DNA from: an uncultured Bdellovibrionales bacterium
GTDB taxonomy: Bacteria; Patescibacteriota; Minisyncoccia; Moranbacterales; UBA1568
Direction of reading: 5' to 3'
Assembly (NCBI GenBank): GCA_964597355.1
Contig: CAZQWS010000002.1
Span: 34,262-98,261 of the forward strand
Length of the DNA stretch: 64,000 nucleotides
Shown: positions 10,687 to 21,173 of the stretch, piece after piece
Numbering within the stretch: position 1 is the stretch's first letter
Layout of the letters: every line of letters begins with the position of its first letter
Notes under the pieces: model-generated
The model's database searches: none
What the model was told of the DNA's origin: nothing
The model's input: only the letters and a program-made list of their open reading frames with translations
Program-made: the position numbers and the translations under genes

Positions 10687-11475
10687 ATGTCCCAGCCATT
10701 CCTTTCACTCATTTTTGTTAACTACCAAAGCGCTGCCTTGCTCAAGCGGGCTATAGTTTCCTGGGAAAAGCCATTGGGAGGGCTCCCTTACGAGGTCATT
10801 GTGGTCAATAATGATCCAAATGAAAATGAGGCGATTGAGAGGCTTTGTGTCCCTGGCAAGGTGAGTGTAAGGAATCTCGGCAAGAATGTTGGCTTTGGAG
10901 CGGCTAATAATAGAGCCGCCGTTTTGGCTCAAGGCGAATGGTTATTTCTTCTTAATCCAGATACAGAATATGCGACTGGTTCTATAGAGGAGCTTTTGCC
11001 AGTGCTTCAGGCGTACCCTCATTCTTTGGGAGGAGTTTGTTTGATTGATGAACAGGACAAGAAGGAAGCGTGGAGTGGCGGGAGATTCCCTACTCTCTGG
11101 AAGCTTATTTGGCAGCACTTACAGAGAACTCCCGTTCGGGCACTCTGGACGCAGCCGATGTTTACTGAGACGGATTGGGTGAGTGGGGCAGCCCTCCTTA
11201 TTTCTCGAGAGAGTTTTAAACAGCTCAATGGGTTTGACGAGAACTTTTTCCTTTACTTTGAGGATGTTGATCTCGCCGAACGAGCCAAACAAAAAGGTTT
11301 GAGCGTGTGGCATTTTCCGAACCTAGTTGTGCGCCACAGAGGTGGAGCTAGCCACGGCGAACGTGCCAAGCAGAAACAAGCCTATTATGAAAGCGAGCGG
11401 CGTTATTTTTCAAAACATCGATCACCGCTTGAAGCTCGGTGTTTTGGCTGGTTGCAAAGAATATTTTTCTCCTAG
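10687..11475 (+). CDS. GT2 family glycosyltransferase
   Basis: IFVNY, NVGFGAANN, LLNPD, WVSGAAL, FDENFFLYFEDVD. Confidence 0.92.
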   Translation: MSQPFLSLIFVNYQSAALLKRAIVSWEKPLGGLPYEVIVVNNDPNENEAIERLCVPGKVSVRNLGKNVGFGAANNRAAVLAQGEWLFLLNPDTEYATGSIEELLPVLQAYPHSLGGVCLIDEQDKKEAWSGGRFPTLWKLIWQHLQRTPVRALWTQPMFTETDWVSGAALLISRESFKQLNGFDENFFLYFEDVDLAERAKQKGLSVWHFPNLVVRHRGGASHGERAKQKQAYYESERRYFSKHRSPLEARCFGWLQRIFFS

Positions 11476-11476
11476 T

Positions 11477-12736
11477 ATGCTTTTCCTGTTTGCTCAACTT
11501 TTTCTTTTGTTTCTCCCTTTCCAGTTCGCTGTGCCTCTAGGATCAGAGGACATTCCATTGCTTCGCTTGGTTGCTCTGGGATTCATCTTTCTTTGGGGGA
11601 TAAAAGTCTTGACGGAAAGAAAGTGTGTCTTCCCCCCGCTTTTTCCCCTTGCCCTCCTTTTGAGTTGGCTCTTTTCTTTGACGTTTAGTCTTTCCTTGGC
11701 CGAGGGTATCTCGCTTGGAATGCGCAAACTCATTTTTCTGTGGAATCTTCTTCCCCTTACTGTGGTGTGGTCTCTGTTTTTGGATGAGCAGAAAAAACTA
11801 ACTCATTTAATAAGAGCCCTTATTATAGGGGGGGCATTGAGCGCTCTGGTGGGAATTAGTATTTTTCTTGCTCAATTTGTGGTAGGCGTAGAAAAAACAT
11901 TTCACCTGCTCACAGAAACGGCACTTCCTTTTTTCCTTGGAGAACGTTTGGGGAATCTTGTCACTCTCTATCCGAGTCTTTTGGTAAATATTGGAGGCGA
12001 AACCTGGCTTCGGGCAACCGCTTTTTTCCCAGACCCCCATGTAGCCTCTTTCTTTTTCGGGATCATAGCCTGTCTCGCTTGGGGACTTTTTCTCGATACC
12101 AGGGATAAATTTTTTCTGTATTCGGGAAGCATCCTTCTTCTCGTAGACATTCTTACTTTTTCGCGGGGCGGTTACCTTGGCCTCTTGGCTGCTTTAGGTA
12201 CTTTTTTCTTTGTCCAGAAGAAGGAGTGGGGGGTAAAACCATGGGTAGGCTCCACGGCTCTTCTCCCCCTGCTTCTTTGGTTTGGAGTGCCGGTGTACCA
12301 ACGGTTTTTCTCAGTCTTTACCCTTGCCGATGCTTCTAGTTTGGATAGGCTTGCTCTTTGGGGAACAGCCTGGGAAACTATCCTCTACCATCCATGGGTT
12401 GGTCTAGGTTTAGGAAACTATGCTGAATGGATACATCCTGGCTTTGGAGCTAGTATTCCATATTATGCCCATAACCTATACCTTGATATTGCAACGGAGG
12501 GAGGCCTCATAAGCCTCTTCTTATTTCTTGGGCTCTGTAGTTGGAGTTTTGTTCGAGCGCTCCGGATGGCTTTGCAGGGAAGTGGACTAGCACTTGGAGT
12601 AACAGCTGCCTTTGCTCTTTATTTCACACACTCCTTCTTTGAGACAGCACTTTTCTCTCTTCACATCACTGTCCTCTTCTCTCTCCTCTTGGTACTTCCT
12701 TTCACCAGTAGCGCGAAGCAAACTCCTGTAGAATAA
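11477..12736 (+). CDS. O-antigen ligase/Wzy_C-family membrane protein
   Basis: Multi-TM; RATAFFPDPH, TFSRGG, RLALW, GLGLGNY, YAHNLYL. Confidence 0.85.
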   Translation: MLFLFAQLFLLFLPFQFAVPLGSEDIPLLRLVALGFIFLWGIKVLTERKCVFPPLFPLALLLSWLFSLTFSLSLAEGISLGMRKLIFLWNLLPLTVVWSLFLDEQKKLTHLIRALIIGGALSALVGISIFLAQFVVGVEKTFHLLTETALPFFLGERLGNLVTLYPSLLVNIGGETWLRATAFFPDPHVASFFFGIIACLAWGLFLDTRDKFFLYSGSILLLVDILTFSRGGYLGLLAALGTFFFVQKKEWGVKPWVGSTALLPLLLWFGVPVYQRFFSVFTLADASSLDRLALWGTAWETILYHPWVGLGLGNYAEWIHPGFGASIPYYAHNLYLDIATEGGLISLFLFLGLCSWSFVRALRMALQGSGLALGVTAAFALYFTHSFFETALFSLHITVLFSLLLVLPFTSSAKQTPVE

Positions 12737-12757
12737 GGGAGCAGATATGATGTATCT

Positions 12758-13969
12758 ATGGTAGCCTACCCTCTTTTTTTTCTTAGCCTGGTTTTTCTTC
12801 TTTTCCCTTTGGCCCACCTTCGATTCATTGAAGGTGTACCGGTTTACCTTTCTGAAATCCCACTTCTTTTTGTGCTGGTATGGTTTGCAACCTCACCAAC
12901 TTTCTTTCAGAATCTTAAGAAGTTTGTTTCTCAAGAGAAATGGATTATAGGAGGAGGAATTTTGTTTCTCGTAGGAGCTACCCTTCCCTTTTTTTTTCAA
13001 ACAGTTCCTGGCAGTTCCTTAGGATTACTTAAAAGTTTTATTGTCCTCCCACTGATGCTTATGACAACGGTAGGAGTTCTCGGACACGAGATAGCTTCCC
13101 AGAGAAGGATCCTTTCTGCTTGGTGGCTCGGTATTTTTGTAAGTGCTTTGGTGGGCACCATACTTCTTCTTGAGGACATACTCACCTATGATGGTCGTCT
13201 CGCTTCTTTGTACGCTTCGCCCAATCATTTTGCTATGCTACTTTCCCCAGGTGTTTTTATAGGACCCTTTCTTTTCAGGACGGCTGTATCAAAATGGCGA
13301 TGGTTCTATATTCTTGGGACCTGTCTGATACTCATAGCGCTCCTTGCTACCAGATCATATGCCTCAATAGTGGCAGTAACTTTCGTGAGTCTTTTCTGGG
13401 AGGGTCCTTGTAAAAGGAGCGGGGCATTTTCATGGAAACCTATTGCCCTCACTGTTTTTTTAGTGGTTGGCTGGCTCTTCCTTGAAGGAACAACTACAAA
13501 GTTTCAATCAATTCTTGATTTTGGTGGACGGTCATCTTCGGCTTCACGACTGATGATTTGGGAATCAGCTTGGAAAATGAGTCAGGATAGTTTTCCTGTG
13601 GGTATCGGCATCGGTCGCTTTCAAGAGGTTTACCTTGAGTACCAACGATACTTCCCACCCTATCTTGAATGGGCAGTGCCAGAGCCACACAATCTGTTGC
13701 TGAGCCTTTTCTTATCAACAGGACTGATGGGACTTCTTGGTTTTTTTATAGCCACTATAGGGGTAGGGAAAAAACTTTGGCAAGCTTGTTTTGGAGAAAG
13801 TAACTCTCTCTTTGGACGATTGTATTTCAGCCTCCTGAGTTGGATACTCTTAGTGGGATTAGTAGATACTCCCTATTTCAAGAACGATCTAAGCTTTCTT
13901 TTTTGGGGGGTTGTAGGTCTTTCGCTCGCTTTTTTGGCAAGCAGAGAAGAGAAACAAGCTACAGGTTGA
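12758..13969 (+). CDS. O-antigen ligase/Wzy_C-family membrane protein
   Basis: RLASLYASPN, TRS, SRLMIW, GIGIGRF, EPHNLLL. Confidence 0.85.
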   Translation: MVAYPLFFLSLVFLLFPLAHLRFIEGVPVYLSEIPLLFVLVWFATSPTFFQNLKKFVSQEKWIIGGGILFLVGATLPFFFQTVPGSSLGLLKSFIVLPLMLMTTVGVLGHEIASQRRILSAWWLGIFVSALVGTILLLEDILTYDGRLASLYASPNHFAMLLSPGVFIGPFLFRTAVSKWRWFYILGTCLILIALLATRSYASIVAVTFVSLFWEGPCKRSGAFSWKPIALTVFLVVGWLFLEGTTTKFQSILDFGGRSSSASRLMIWESAWKMSQDSFPVGIGIGRFQEVYLEYQRYFPPYLEWAVPEPHNLLLSLFLSTGLMGLLGFFIATIGVGKKLWQACFGESNSLFGRLYFSLLSWILLVGLVDTPYFKNDLSFLFWGVVGLSLAFLASREEKQATG

Positions 13970-15098
13970 CGCTGTAGAGTTTGTTGGTTGAACGATCAAT
14001 GAAGAAAAGTCTGGTTTCGTCTGGAGAAAGGAAGAGATTCGTCGCGTCAAATGCCTGAGCAATTTCATTAAGGGGGACGAGTCGTTCACGTTTCCCTGTT
14101 TTTAAATTCATTTTCCAAAAAGTATCTTTAGTATAGATTGGTTTTCCAAAGTAATCATTAGGGAGGATGGTACCGGAGACGAAGGCATTGGGGAGAGCGT
14201 AGTAGATAGTCTGATTATCTTTACTCCAAGCAACTTTGCCTATAAAGGTAGGAACCAAGAGGTCACGGTAGTTTCCCCCGTTTTCATCAACGATCCCGAG
14301 ACTTGGGGTACTTCCTCCACGAGTATCAACGCTGCTTATCAGAATGGAACGGCTATTGGGTGACCAGAGATAGTCACCTCCGTAGCGACCGGAAAGGAGG
14401 AGTTTCCTCCCTTCACCAGTGAAGCTTATGCTTTCGAGCCGACTTTCTTCCAATCCGTCAGGACGGGTCCAAAAGGCTACCTGGCTTGATTGGGGAATGG
14501 TGGAAACAAAGTAGTCGTTCGTATCAAGATCAGCAAGTTTCCTCCAATTTTCTCCCCGAGGAGAGGCGGTATTGATGGAGCGAGCGCCAGTGGTTGGGTC
14601 GGTGTAAACATAGTAAATTCCATCACCGATGGTATTCCAACTTAGGTGAGAGAGTTCTTTTCGGAGCGGGGTACTAGATTGGTTGCGGAAGTCGACGTAG
14701 TGCCAAAGGGGTGATTGATTTTCTTCAATCAGGACAAGGGCGCCAATAGCAACAGGTGACCAGAGTACCCGCTTTACCGTTCCAGGCAATGCCCCAAAGA
14801 GAGTGTCGGATTTATTAGTGTCGATAGCAGTGCGCTTGAGGGTCTTGTCTCGAAGTGAGTAGTAGAAGAGGTATTGCTCCTCTATTTTTGGGAACAAGAT
14901 TGACTCATTGAGAAACATTTCAAAAGCGAGGGAACTTGTAGGAATATCCGTCTCTTTTCCTGCTTGAGTGGTAGCGTATTTCTCTGGGTCAGCGATAGGA
15001 TTTGAGGTATTGTTTTTGAAGGCAAAGTTATACACCCCAAGGAAGATGAGGGTGAGGAGAAAAAATCCCAGTGATGCCCAAAAAACCTTTTTGATCAC
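13959..15098 (-). CDS. Membrane-anchored TolB-like beta-propeller protein
   Basis: N-terminal TM; repeated WSP/WSKD/LSPD blade motifs. Confidence 0.6.
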   Translation of the reverse strand: MIKKVFWASLGFFLLTLIFLGVYNFAFKNNTSNPIADPEKYATTQAGKETDIPTSSLAFEMFLNESILFPKIEEQYLFYYSLRDKTLKRTAIDTNKSDTLFGALPGTVKRVLWSPVAIGALVLIEENQSPLWHYVDFRNQSSTPLRKELSHLSWNTIGDGIYYVYTDPTTGARSINTASPRGENWRKLADLDTNDYFVSTIPQSSQVAFWTRPDGLEESRLESISFTGEGRKLLLSGRYGGDYLWSPNSRSILISSVDTRGGSTPSLGIVDENGGNYRDLLVPTFIGKVAWSKDNQTIYYALPNAFVSGTILPNDYFGKPIYTKDTFWKMNLKTGKRERLVPLNEIAQAFDATNLFLSPDETRLFFIDRSTNKLYSVNL

Positions 15099-15112
15099 AA
15101 GAGAAACATTAC

Positions 15113-16579
15113 TTAGTACACGTGAAATGAAGAGAGATTGGTCTGGGTCGAGTAGGATTTACAGTTAATACCGACTGCGGTGTAAGGTGCACAATCTTTT
15201 GAGTTTTCATAGAGCACGGTGAGGCCAGCTGCACGGAAAGCGTCATAGTAGGTCTTTATAGTTTCAGGATCAGTCCCTCCACCTGAATTGTTAAGATCGG
15301 CACATGTGCCGTTGGTATGACAGCCACTTAGGTGATTAACGGTCGGAGGCCATGATTCGGTTATACGCCAGCCATCGACATCACTGATAGCCTGGATTTT
15401 ACTGAGGAGACCAGAGTTGAGAAAACAAGTGCTGAGCCCGCAACCCTTGTTGGGAACACTTGCTGGAATGGCGACACAATTGCTGCAGGCCTGGCAAGAT
15501 ACGGAGCTTGATTGCGGACAGCAACTAGCTCCAGTGTTGGGTGTGCCGCAGTTAGCTCCCGGGGTGTTGGTGGTAGTTGTTGGTGTAGTGGTAGGAGTTG
15601 ATATCACACTCAACCCAGGTACCGCTAACCCCTCTACCAAATCAGGATTCAAGACATAGAGGAAAAGCCAAGCAAACAAAGCAATGATAATCCCGAGCAA
15701 GGCATCCACAATGATCGTCTTGGCTGTGCTCACCCGAGCCGTATTCCCCGCACTGGTCACATACATAAACCCGCCTACTGTAAGCATAAAGAGAGCGGCT
15801 ATCCCTACTGCCCAGAAAACAAACTTGTACAAACGTTCGAGATAGCTCCCTAAGTCTCCACTCGTTCCAGCCTGCCCAGGAATCTCTTCAAGGAGGGTGT
15901 AGTTGAGCTTGTTGAGGGAAGCTTCGGCAATAGCAGCCCCGCAGCAGGATTGGCCTGTGATGGTGCAACCGCCAGAAACAGAGACTCTCCCAAGGCTAGT
16001 GCACGTTTCCGTCAAGCTTCCCATACAATCTCCTCCCTGACTTTTACAACTCCCACCGCCACCAGCGATACAGCATTGACCAGAATTACACGTACCAGCA
16101 CCCGGTCCTTCACCAGTGCCACAAGCTGCTTTACATTGCCCGCCCACACTAGGATCAGTACACTGTTTGGCACTACAAGCCTGTGGCTTGGGCAGCGGAT
16201 TGGAAGCATTAAATTTCCCACTCGGGAGGCAACATTTACCTGAAGCGACACAATCAACTTTTAAATATGCGCCAGCATCAAAGCTGTTACTATCGCATGT
16301 GTCTCCAATAGCATTGTATCCCCCTAATTCTTTACACTGATCTGCCGGCCATTCGGAATATGAAGCAGGAGAACAGCAGACGGTACCGCCAGCACCTAAG
16401 CCCGTACATTTGTTGGTGGGATCGCTGATGGAGCCCTGACCATTGTTACAAGCAATCTGACAAGAACCGCTGTTGTCTGTGCCGCACATGGCAGCGGTGG
16501 CAGTTTTGGTGTTCCCTGCAAGAAGGATAGCTGAGGCCATCAAGAGAACGCCAGAAAAAATAAGTTTAAGGACGCGCAT
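15113..16579 (-). CDS. Secreted Cys-rich protein with VirB2/TrbC-like pilin domain and C-terminal putative M15-type peptidase domain
   Basis: Signal peptide; many CxxxGGxC...CC modules; two-TM segment GGFMYVTSAGN...AKTIIVDALLG...NPDL; Thr-rich linker; C-terminal H-x6-D (HTNGTCAD) and FHV. Confidence 0.65.
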   Translation of the reverse strand: MRVLKLIFSGVLLMASAILLAGNTKTATAAMCGTDNSGSCQIACNNGQGSISDPTNKCTGLGAGGTVCCSPASYSEWPADQCKELGGYNAIGDTCDSNSFDAGAYLKVDCVASGKCCLPSGKFNASNPLPKPQACSAKQCTDPSVGGQCKAACGTGEGPGAGTCNSGQCCIAGGGGSCKSQGGDCMGSLTETCTSLGRVSVSGGCTITGQSCCGAAIAEASLNKLNYTLLEEIPGQAGTSGDLGSYLERLYKFVFWAVGIAALFMLTVGGFMYVTSAGNTARVSTAKTIIVDALLGIIIALFAWLFLYVLNPDLVEGLAVPGLSVISTPTTTPTTTTNTPGANCGTPNTGASCCPQSSSVSCQACSNCVAIPASVPNKGCGLSTCFLNSGLLSKIQAISDVDGWRITESWPPTVNHLSGCHTNGTCADLNNSGGGTDPETIKTYYDAFRAAGLTVLYENSKDCAPYTAVGINCKSYSTQTNLSSFHVY

Positions 16580-16799
16580 AATGTTTGGATAAAGTTTCTG
16601 TATTGCCTCTAGTATACCACTACACCAATGGCATGAATATTCCTTGCCTTGAGATGTTTATTTTTTACTGAAGTCACCTGGTGTGCTGGTACTTGATCTT
16701 TGGGGACTGATGATGGTATACGCTGAGTTGTTTCTTTTGAGGATAAAAAACACTCAAGCTGTTATACTTGAGTGTCTCCTTTTTCGTAGTGTCCAGTAT

Positions 16800-17843
16800 C
16801 TAGAACTCCCAGCTCCCGTTCATGCTCGAAGACTGAGTGTAGTTGACGACGGTGGTTTCAAAGAAATTACCCTTGTCACTATTCACATCTTGTAAACGAT
16901 CGAGATGTTTGTAGGGATTTTCAATCGCTTCTGGGTAGAGCGGAGCGATAGCAAGCATAGCGAGCCGTTGATTAGCGAGCCACCTCGTGTAGTCTTCGGT
17001 AGTTTTACCATTGATACCTGGAATACGGTCGCCAAGAATATGTGTAGACCACTCAATCTCTTGATTGACGGCTGTTTTCATCATGCTGAGAATAAGCTTT
17101 TCATCGTAGAGATCAGGAAATTCCCGTTTAATCTCACGGATGAGATTGGCAAAGATGGTGACATGAGTCAGTTCATCACGACGGATATAAGCGATCATTC
17201 GGCCAGTAGCGAGCATTTTCATCCGATCAGTGAGAGTGTCGAAGAAGGCGAACCCATTGTAGAAATAGATTGATTCGAGGAGGAAATTGGCGACGATACC
17301 GCGGAAAAATGTCTTATCCGACGGCGTGTCGATGAAATCCTGGTAGATTTGCCCGATGTACTTATTGCGTTCGAGAAGCACCTTGTCGGTACGCCAGAAG
17401 TAATAGATTTCATCACGTTCTTTGGAATCAACCACCGACTCGAGGATGGTAGCGTAGGACTGAGAATGGATGGCTTCCTGATAGGCTTGGATGGAGAGAA
17501 TGAGATTGACCTCAGGACTCGTCACATAGTCCGAGAAATGAGGTAAATTGACGGTCTGAATAGAGTCTAGGAAAGTCAGAAAGGAGATAATTCCTTTGTA
17601 GGCCCGCTGTTCTTCGGGAGAGAGTTCGCTATGAAACATACGGGCATCATCCTTGAGGCCAGAAACCTTTTCCGGTACCCAGAAATTACCTATCATAACC
17701 TGATAGAGCGACTTGGCCCAGGGGTATTTGACAGCATTGAGATTGAAGAGTCCTGTGGTAGCTCCTTTGATGATGGTACGGTGTTCGACGGTGTCATCTC
17801 CTGCTGGGTTAAAGAGGAGATTTGCCTTCATTTCAGTTATCAT
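16800..17843 (-). CDS. nrdB: Class I ribonucleotide reductase beta subunit
   Basis: FWVPE, FLD, EAIHSQSY (radical Tyr), LESIYFYNGF, RDELTH, NFFE. Confidence 0.95.
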   Translation of the reverse strand: MITEMKANLLFNPAGDDTVEHRTIIKGATTGLFNLNAVKYPWAKSLYQVMIGNFWVPEKVSGLKDDARMFHSELSPEEQRAYKGIISFLTFLDSIQTVNLPHFSDYVTSPEVNLILSIQAYQEAIHSQSYATILESVVDSKERDEIYYFWRTDKVLLERNKYIGQIYQDFIDTPSDKTFFRGIVANFLLESIYFYNGFAFFDTLTDRMKMLATGRMIAYIRRDELTHVTIFANLIREIKREFPDLYDEKLILSMMKTAVNQEIEWSTHILGDRIPGINGKTTEDYTRWLANQRLAMLAIAPLYPEAIENPYKHLDRLQDVNSDKGNFFETTVVNYTQSSSMNGSWEF

Positions 17844-17892
17844 AAATGTAAAGTTGAGTTTCTTAGAGAATGAAAGAGATATGTTGGTGGAG

Positions 17893-20508
17893 TTAGCCAG
17901 AGCAGCTGACGCAGCTATCCTTGACTTCTCCAGAGAGACTTCTCACGTAGTAAACGGTCTTGATCTCTTTTTGCCAGGCCTGGAGGTAGTAGCCGTAGAG
18001 TTGAGCTGGGGAAACTCGTGATGGATCAATCATCCACTCAAAGCTGATTGACTGGTCTACCCATTTGTAGACAACGGCGATGAGACTGATGACATCAGCC
18101 ATATCCATGTGAATATATTCCTTGTAGAACCAGAAATTGTCCTTGGAAAGCTTGGGGGCGACACGGATGGTTGGAGCAGAGAGGTTGGTTTCGACGAAGT
18201 AGCGCTTGTAGATCGGGAGGAGAGCGGCGGTAGTTCCGACGACACCAGCCGTGGAAGTATTGGGAGCTGGTGCCGTGTGGTAGGCGAAGCGGACACCGTG
18301 TGTGGCCATATCAGCAAAGAGTGCTTTCCACTCGGCGGCATGGGGAGTATTTTGCTCGTACCAAGCCTGATCACGGCCAAGGAGCATGCCTTTGGAATAT
18401 TCACTGCCTGGATAGAGTTCATACGCACCTCGTTCTTTGGCGAGATCGACCGAAGCACGGTAGGTATTGTAGGCGTAGCGTTCGAACAGTTGATCTGTTT
18501 CTTTCCGAGCCTCTTCTGAATCATAGGATATCTTGCGCGTAGCGAGGTATTCGGCTAGTCCAAGGTATCCAACACCCACCGAACGGTAACGTTTAGAAGT
18601 TCGTTCAGACTCTTTGATGGGGTAATAATTGAGCGTAATAACGTTGTCGAGTACTCGCATGAGAACAGGGAAGACGTCTGCCATCATAGCTGGCTCATAG
18701 ACAGTAGCTACATTGACTGAAGCGAGATTGCAGACAACGAGATCTCCTGGATCATAGTGGAGAACTATTTTCCCATCCTCGATGGTTTCTTCAATAAATT
18801 TCGAAGCAGAAGTATTTTGGCAGATCTCTGTACAGAGCTGAGTAGAGTAGATGTTGCCAGCGTGTTTGTTGGGGTTGTAACGGTTGACGGTATCACGGAA
18901 GAAAACATAGGGCATGCCAGTCTCAACGGTTGTTTTGAGGAATTTCTTGAAGAGCTCTTTTGTGTCAATAGTTTTTTTCATTTCAAGACGTGTGTCACGT
19001 TCTAGCTCTTCGTAAAAACGATCAAACTCTTCGCCGAAATGATCTTGGAGCGACTTACCGTAGAGACTCTTTACCTCATTGGGATCAAACAAAGTCCACT
19101 CTTTCCCATCACGCAGGCGACGCATGAAAATATCGGGAATAGAAACGGCTGGAAAGATATCGAAGGCTTTGGAACGGATATCCCCTGTTTCTGTCTGAAG
19201 ATCGAGGAAATCATAAATATCGAGATGCCACATGTCGAGGGTGACTGAAATAGCACCGAGGCGGCTCCCTAGTTGATTCACAGCGACAGCAGTATCATTG
19301 ATCACTTTGATCCATGGGTTTACTCCCCCACTCATTCCTTTTACTCCACGAATAGCACTGCCGCGAGAGCGAATATTTCCCAAGTAGACACCGACACCCC
19401 CGCCAAATTTAGAAATTTGAGCCATGTTCTCAACGGCATGGTAAATACCTCGGAGATCATCATCCACATTGATCTTGAAACAGCTGGAGAGTTGGTGATA
19501 GTTAGTGCGAGCATTGAGGAGGGTTGGTGTGGGAAGGGAGATGCGCTGCTTGGAACAGTGCTCATAGATCTTGAGCGCGAGCGCCAGGCGATTCCCCTTC
19601 TCTTCAGGAATGGCCAAGAAGAGCGCTACCGACATATACATCTCCTGGGGCAATTCATGGACGATCTTGTTTGGATTCAAGAGGTAACGCTTGATGAAAG
19701 AGACGATAGTAGTGTATTCGTAGCTTTCATCGGTCCCTTTGGAAAGATATTTCCCTGCCTCAAGAATTTCGGCTTCAGTATAGTATTGATAAAAGTCTTT
19801 GTAGTAGAGGCCTCGCTTGATATACTCGTCAAAATGCTCCTTGTACGCTTTGGGCGAGTAAATATCTCGCTGATCAAGGCCGCGGTTTTTGATAGCTTTC
19901 TTATACAACCCACCTAAAAGGATTCGGGCAGCGACATTTTGCCAAGCAATGTTTTCTACGGTGACGAGGTCAACACACGTTTTGACGAGGAGAGTCTCAA
20001 TATCAGATGTCTTAATATCCTCAACGAGGTTTTTCTTAAATGACTCCATGAGATCGGTAAACTGGCATTCCTCTTCATATCCTTTTGAGGCGCGATCGAA
20101 GACAGTGCGAATCTTTCTGATATCAAAATATTCTTTGGAACCATCCGCCTTGGTTACTTTGAGGGTTTTCTCTTCAAATTCACGCACTAAGCGTTCATGT
20201 TTCTCCTCACGTTCTTTTTTGCGCTCTTCTCGATAGAGGATGTAGGCCTTAGCGAGCTCGAAATGATTAGCTTTGACGAGTTCACGTTCGACGATATCCT
20301 GGACATCCTCGACGGTTGGGACACGATTGACGAAGATTTCCCCGTAAACACGATCAAGGTCAACAATAACGGCATCCGTTACGTCTGGGATAAAACTTTT
20401 GTCAGTGATGGCGATGGCATCGCAAGCAAGTTCGATAGCGTGCTCAATACGCTTGCGGTCGAAAGGAATGATTTCTCCATCGCGACGGCGAATCTTTTCG
20501 AGGGTCAT
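17893..20508 (-). CDS. nrdA: Class I ribonucleotide reductase alpha subunit with two N-terminal ATP-cone-like domains
   Basis: IRRRDG and VTKADG cone starts, PTPTLLNA, LSSCF, QLCTEI, VCNLASVN, APNTST, KTVYYVR, C-terminal CVSCSG. Confidence 0.96.
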   Translation of the reverse strand: MTLEKIRRRDGEIIPFDRKRIEHAIELACDAIAITDKSFIPDVTDAVIVDLDRVYGEIFVNRVPTVEDVQDIVERELVKANHFELAKAYILYREERKKEREEKHERLVREFEEKTLKVTKADGSKEYFDIRKIRTVFDRASKGYEEECQFTDLMESFKKNLVEDIKTSDIETLLVKTCVDLVTVENIAWQNVAARILLGGLYKKAIKNRGLDQRDIYSPKAYKEHFDEYIKRGLYYKDFYQYYTEAEILEAGKYLSKGTDESYEYTTIVSFIKRYLLNPNKIVHELPQEMYMSVALFLAIPEEKGNRLALALKIYEHCSKQRISLPTPTLLNARTNYHQLSSCFKINVDDDLRGIYHAVENMAQISKFGGGVGVYLGNIRSRGSAIRGVKGMSGGVNPWIKVINDTAVAVNQLGSRLGAISVTLDMWHLDIYDFLDLQTETGDIRSKAFDIFPAVSIPDIFMRRLRDGKEWTLFDPNEVKSLYGKSLQDHFGEEFDRFYEELERDTRLEMKKTIDTKELFKKFLKTTVETGMPYVFFRDTVNRYNPNKHAGNIYSTQLCTEICQNTSASKFIEETIEDGKIVLHYDPGDLVVCNLASVNVATVYEPAMMADVFPVLMRVLDNVITLNYYPIKESERTSKRYRSVGVGYLGLAEYLATRKISYDSEEARKETDQLFERYAYNTYRASVDLAKERGAYELYPGSEYSKGMLLGRDQAWYEQNTPHAAEWKALFADMATHGVRFAYHTAPAPNTSTAGVVGTTAALLPIYKRYFVETNLSAPTIRVAPKLSKDNFWFYKEYIHMDMADVISLIAVVYKWVDQSISFEWMIDPSRVSPAQLYGYYLQAWQKEIKTVYYVRSLSGEVKDSCVSCSG

Positions 20509-20575
20509 ATTTTTGTGTTGCGGGGTTAGTTAGTGGATAGACTGGAAACGGGATGAGGCATCTAGAGGACTGAGA

Positions 20576-21160
20576 CTAATGGTGTTCGAATCGTTTTTCT
20601 ACGGCAGTCCAGTCGATGACCTTCATGAAAGCACTCAGGTAATCAGCTCGTTTCAAACCATAATCAATCATGAATGCGTGCTCGAAAACATCCATCACAA
20701 GGAGTGGTGTTGTGCCGACGAGGTTTCCCATATCATGCTCATTCACCCAGACATTGTAGAGTTTGTCGGATTCACTATCATGAGCGAGGACTACCCAGCC
20801 AATACCACGCATGGCACCGGTGGCCAGAAAGTTCTTTTCCCAATTTTCGTAATCCCCATAGATCTCAGAAAGTTTTTCTTTAAGAAATGTATGCGTAAGG
20901 GTAGTCGTCTCTTTGGTCATGTTGCCGAAATAGAGTTCGTGCATGCGCATCCCATTCCATTCCCAACCAAAACGCCGTTTGAGTTCGACAAACTCTGGAG
21001 AGGCAGTCTCCCCGCTTTCCGTGAGGGCTTTAAGTTTGGTGACCAATAGGTTGGTGTTCTTTACGTACCCCTCGTAGAGCGTGAAGTGATTAGTGAGAAG
21101 CGTATCAGAGAATCCGGAGAGTCCTAGAAGGTGTTCGAACTTTTTTGCCGCGTACGCCAT
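20576..21160 (-). CDS. Fe/Mn superoxide dismutase family protein
   Basis: HFTLYEGYVKN, NGMRMHELYF, GIGW, MDVFEHAF. Confidence 0.88.
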   Translation of the reverse strand: MAYAAKKFEHLLGLSGFSDTLLTNHFTLYEGYVKNTNLLVTKLKALTESGETASPEFVELKRRFGWEWNGMRMHELYFGNMTKETTTLTHTFLKEKLSEIYGDYENWEKNFLATGAMRGIGWVVLAHDSESDKLYNVWVNEHDMGNLVGTTPLLVMDVFEHAFMIDYGLKRADYLSAFMKVIDWTAVEKRFEHH

Positions 21161-21173
21161 AAGAAATTGTGTT

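Noticed and set aside
16800-17843. Tyrosine-less (class Ic) or metal-free RNR beta subunit
   Set aside because: The radical Tyr (HSQSY) and the standard D/E/H ligands are all present.
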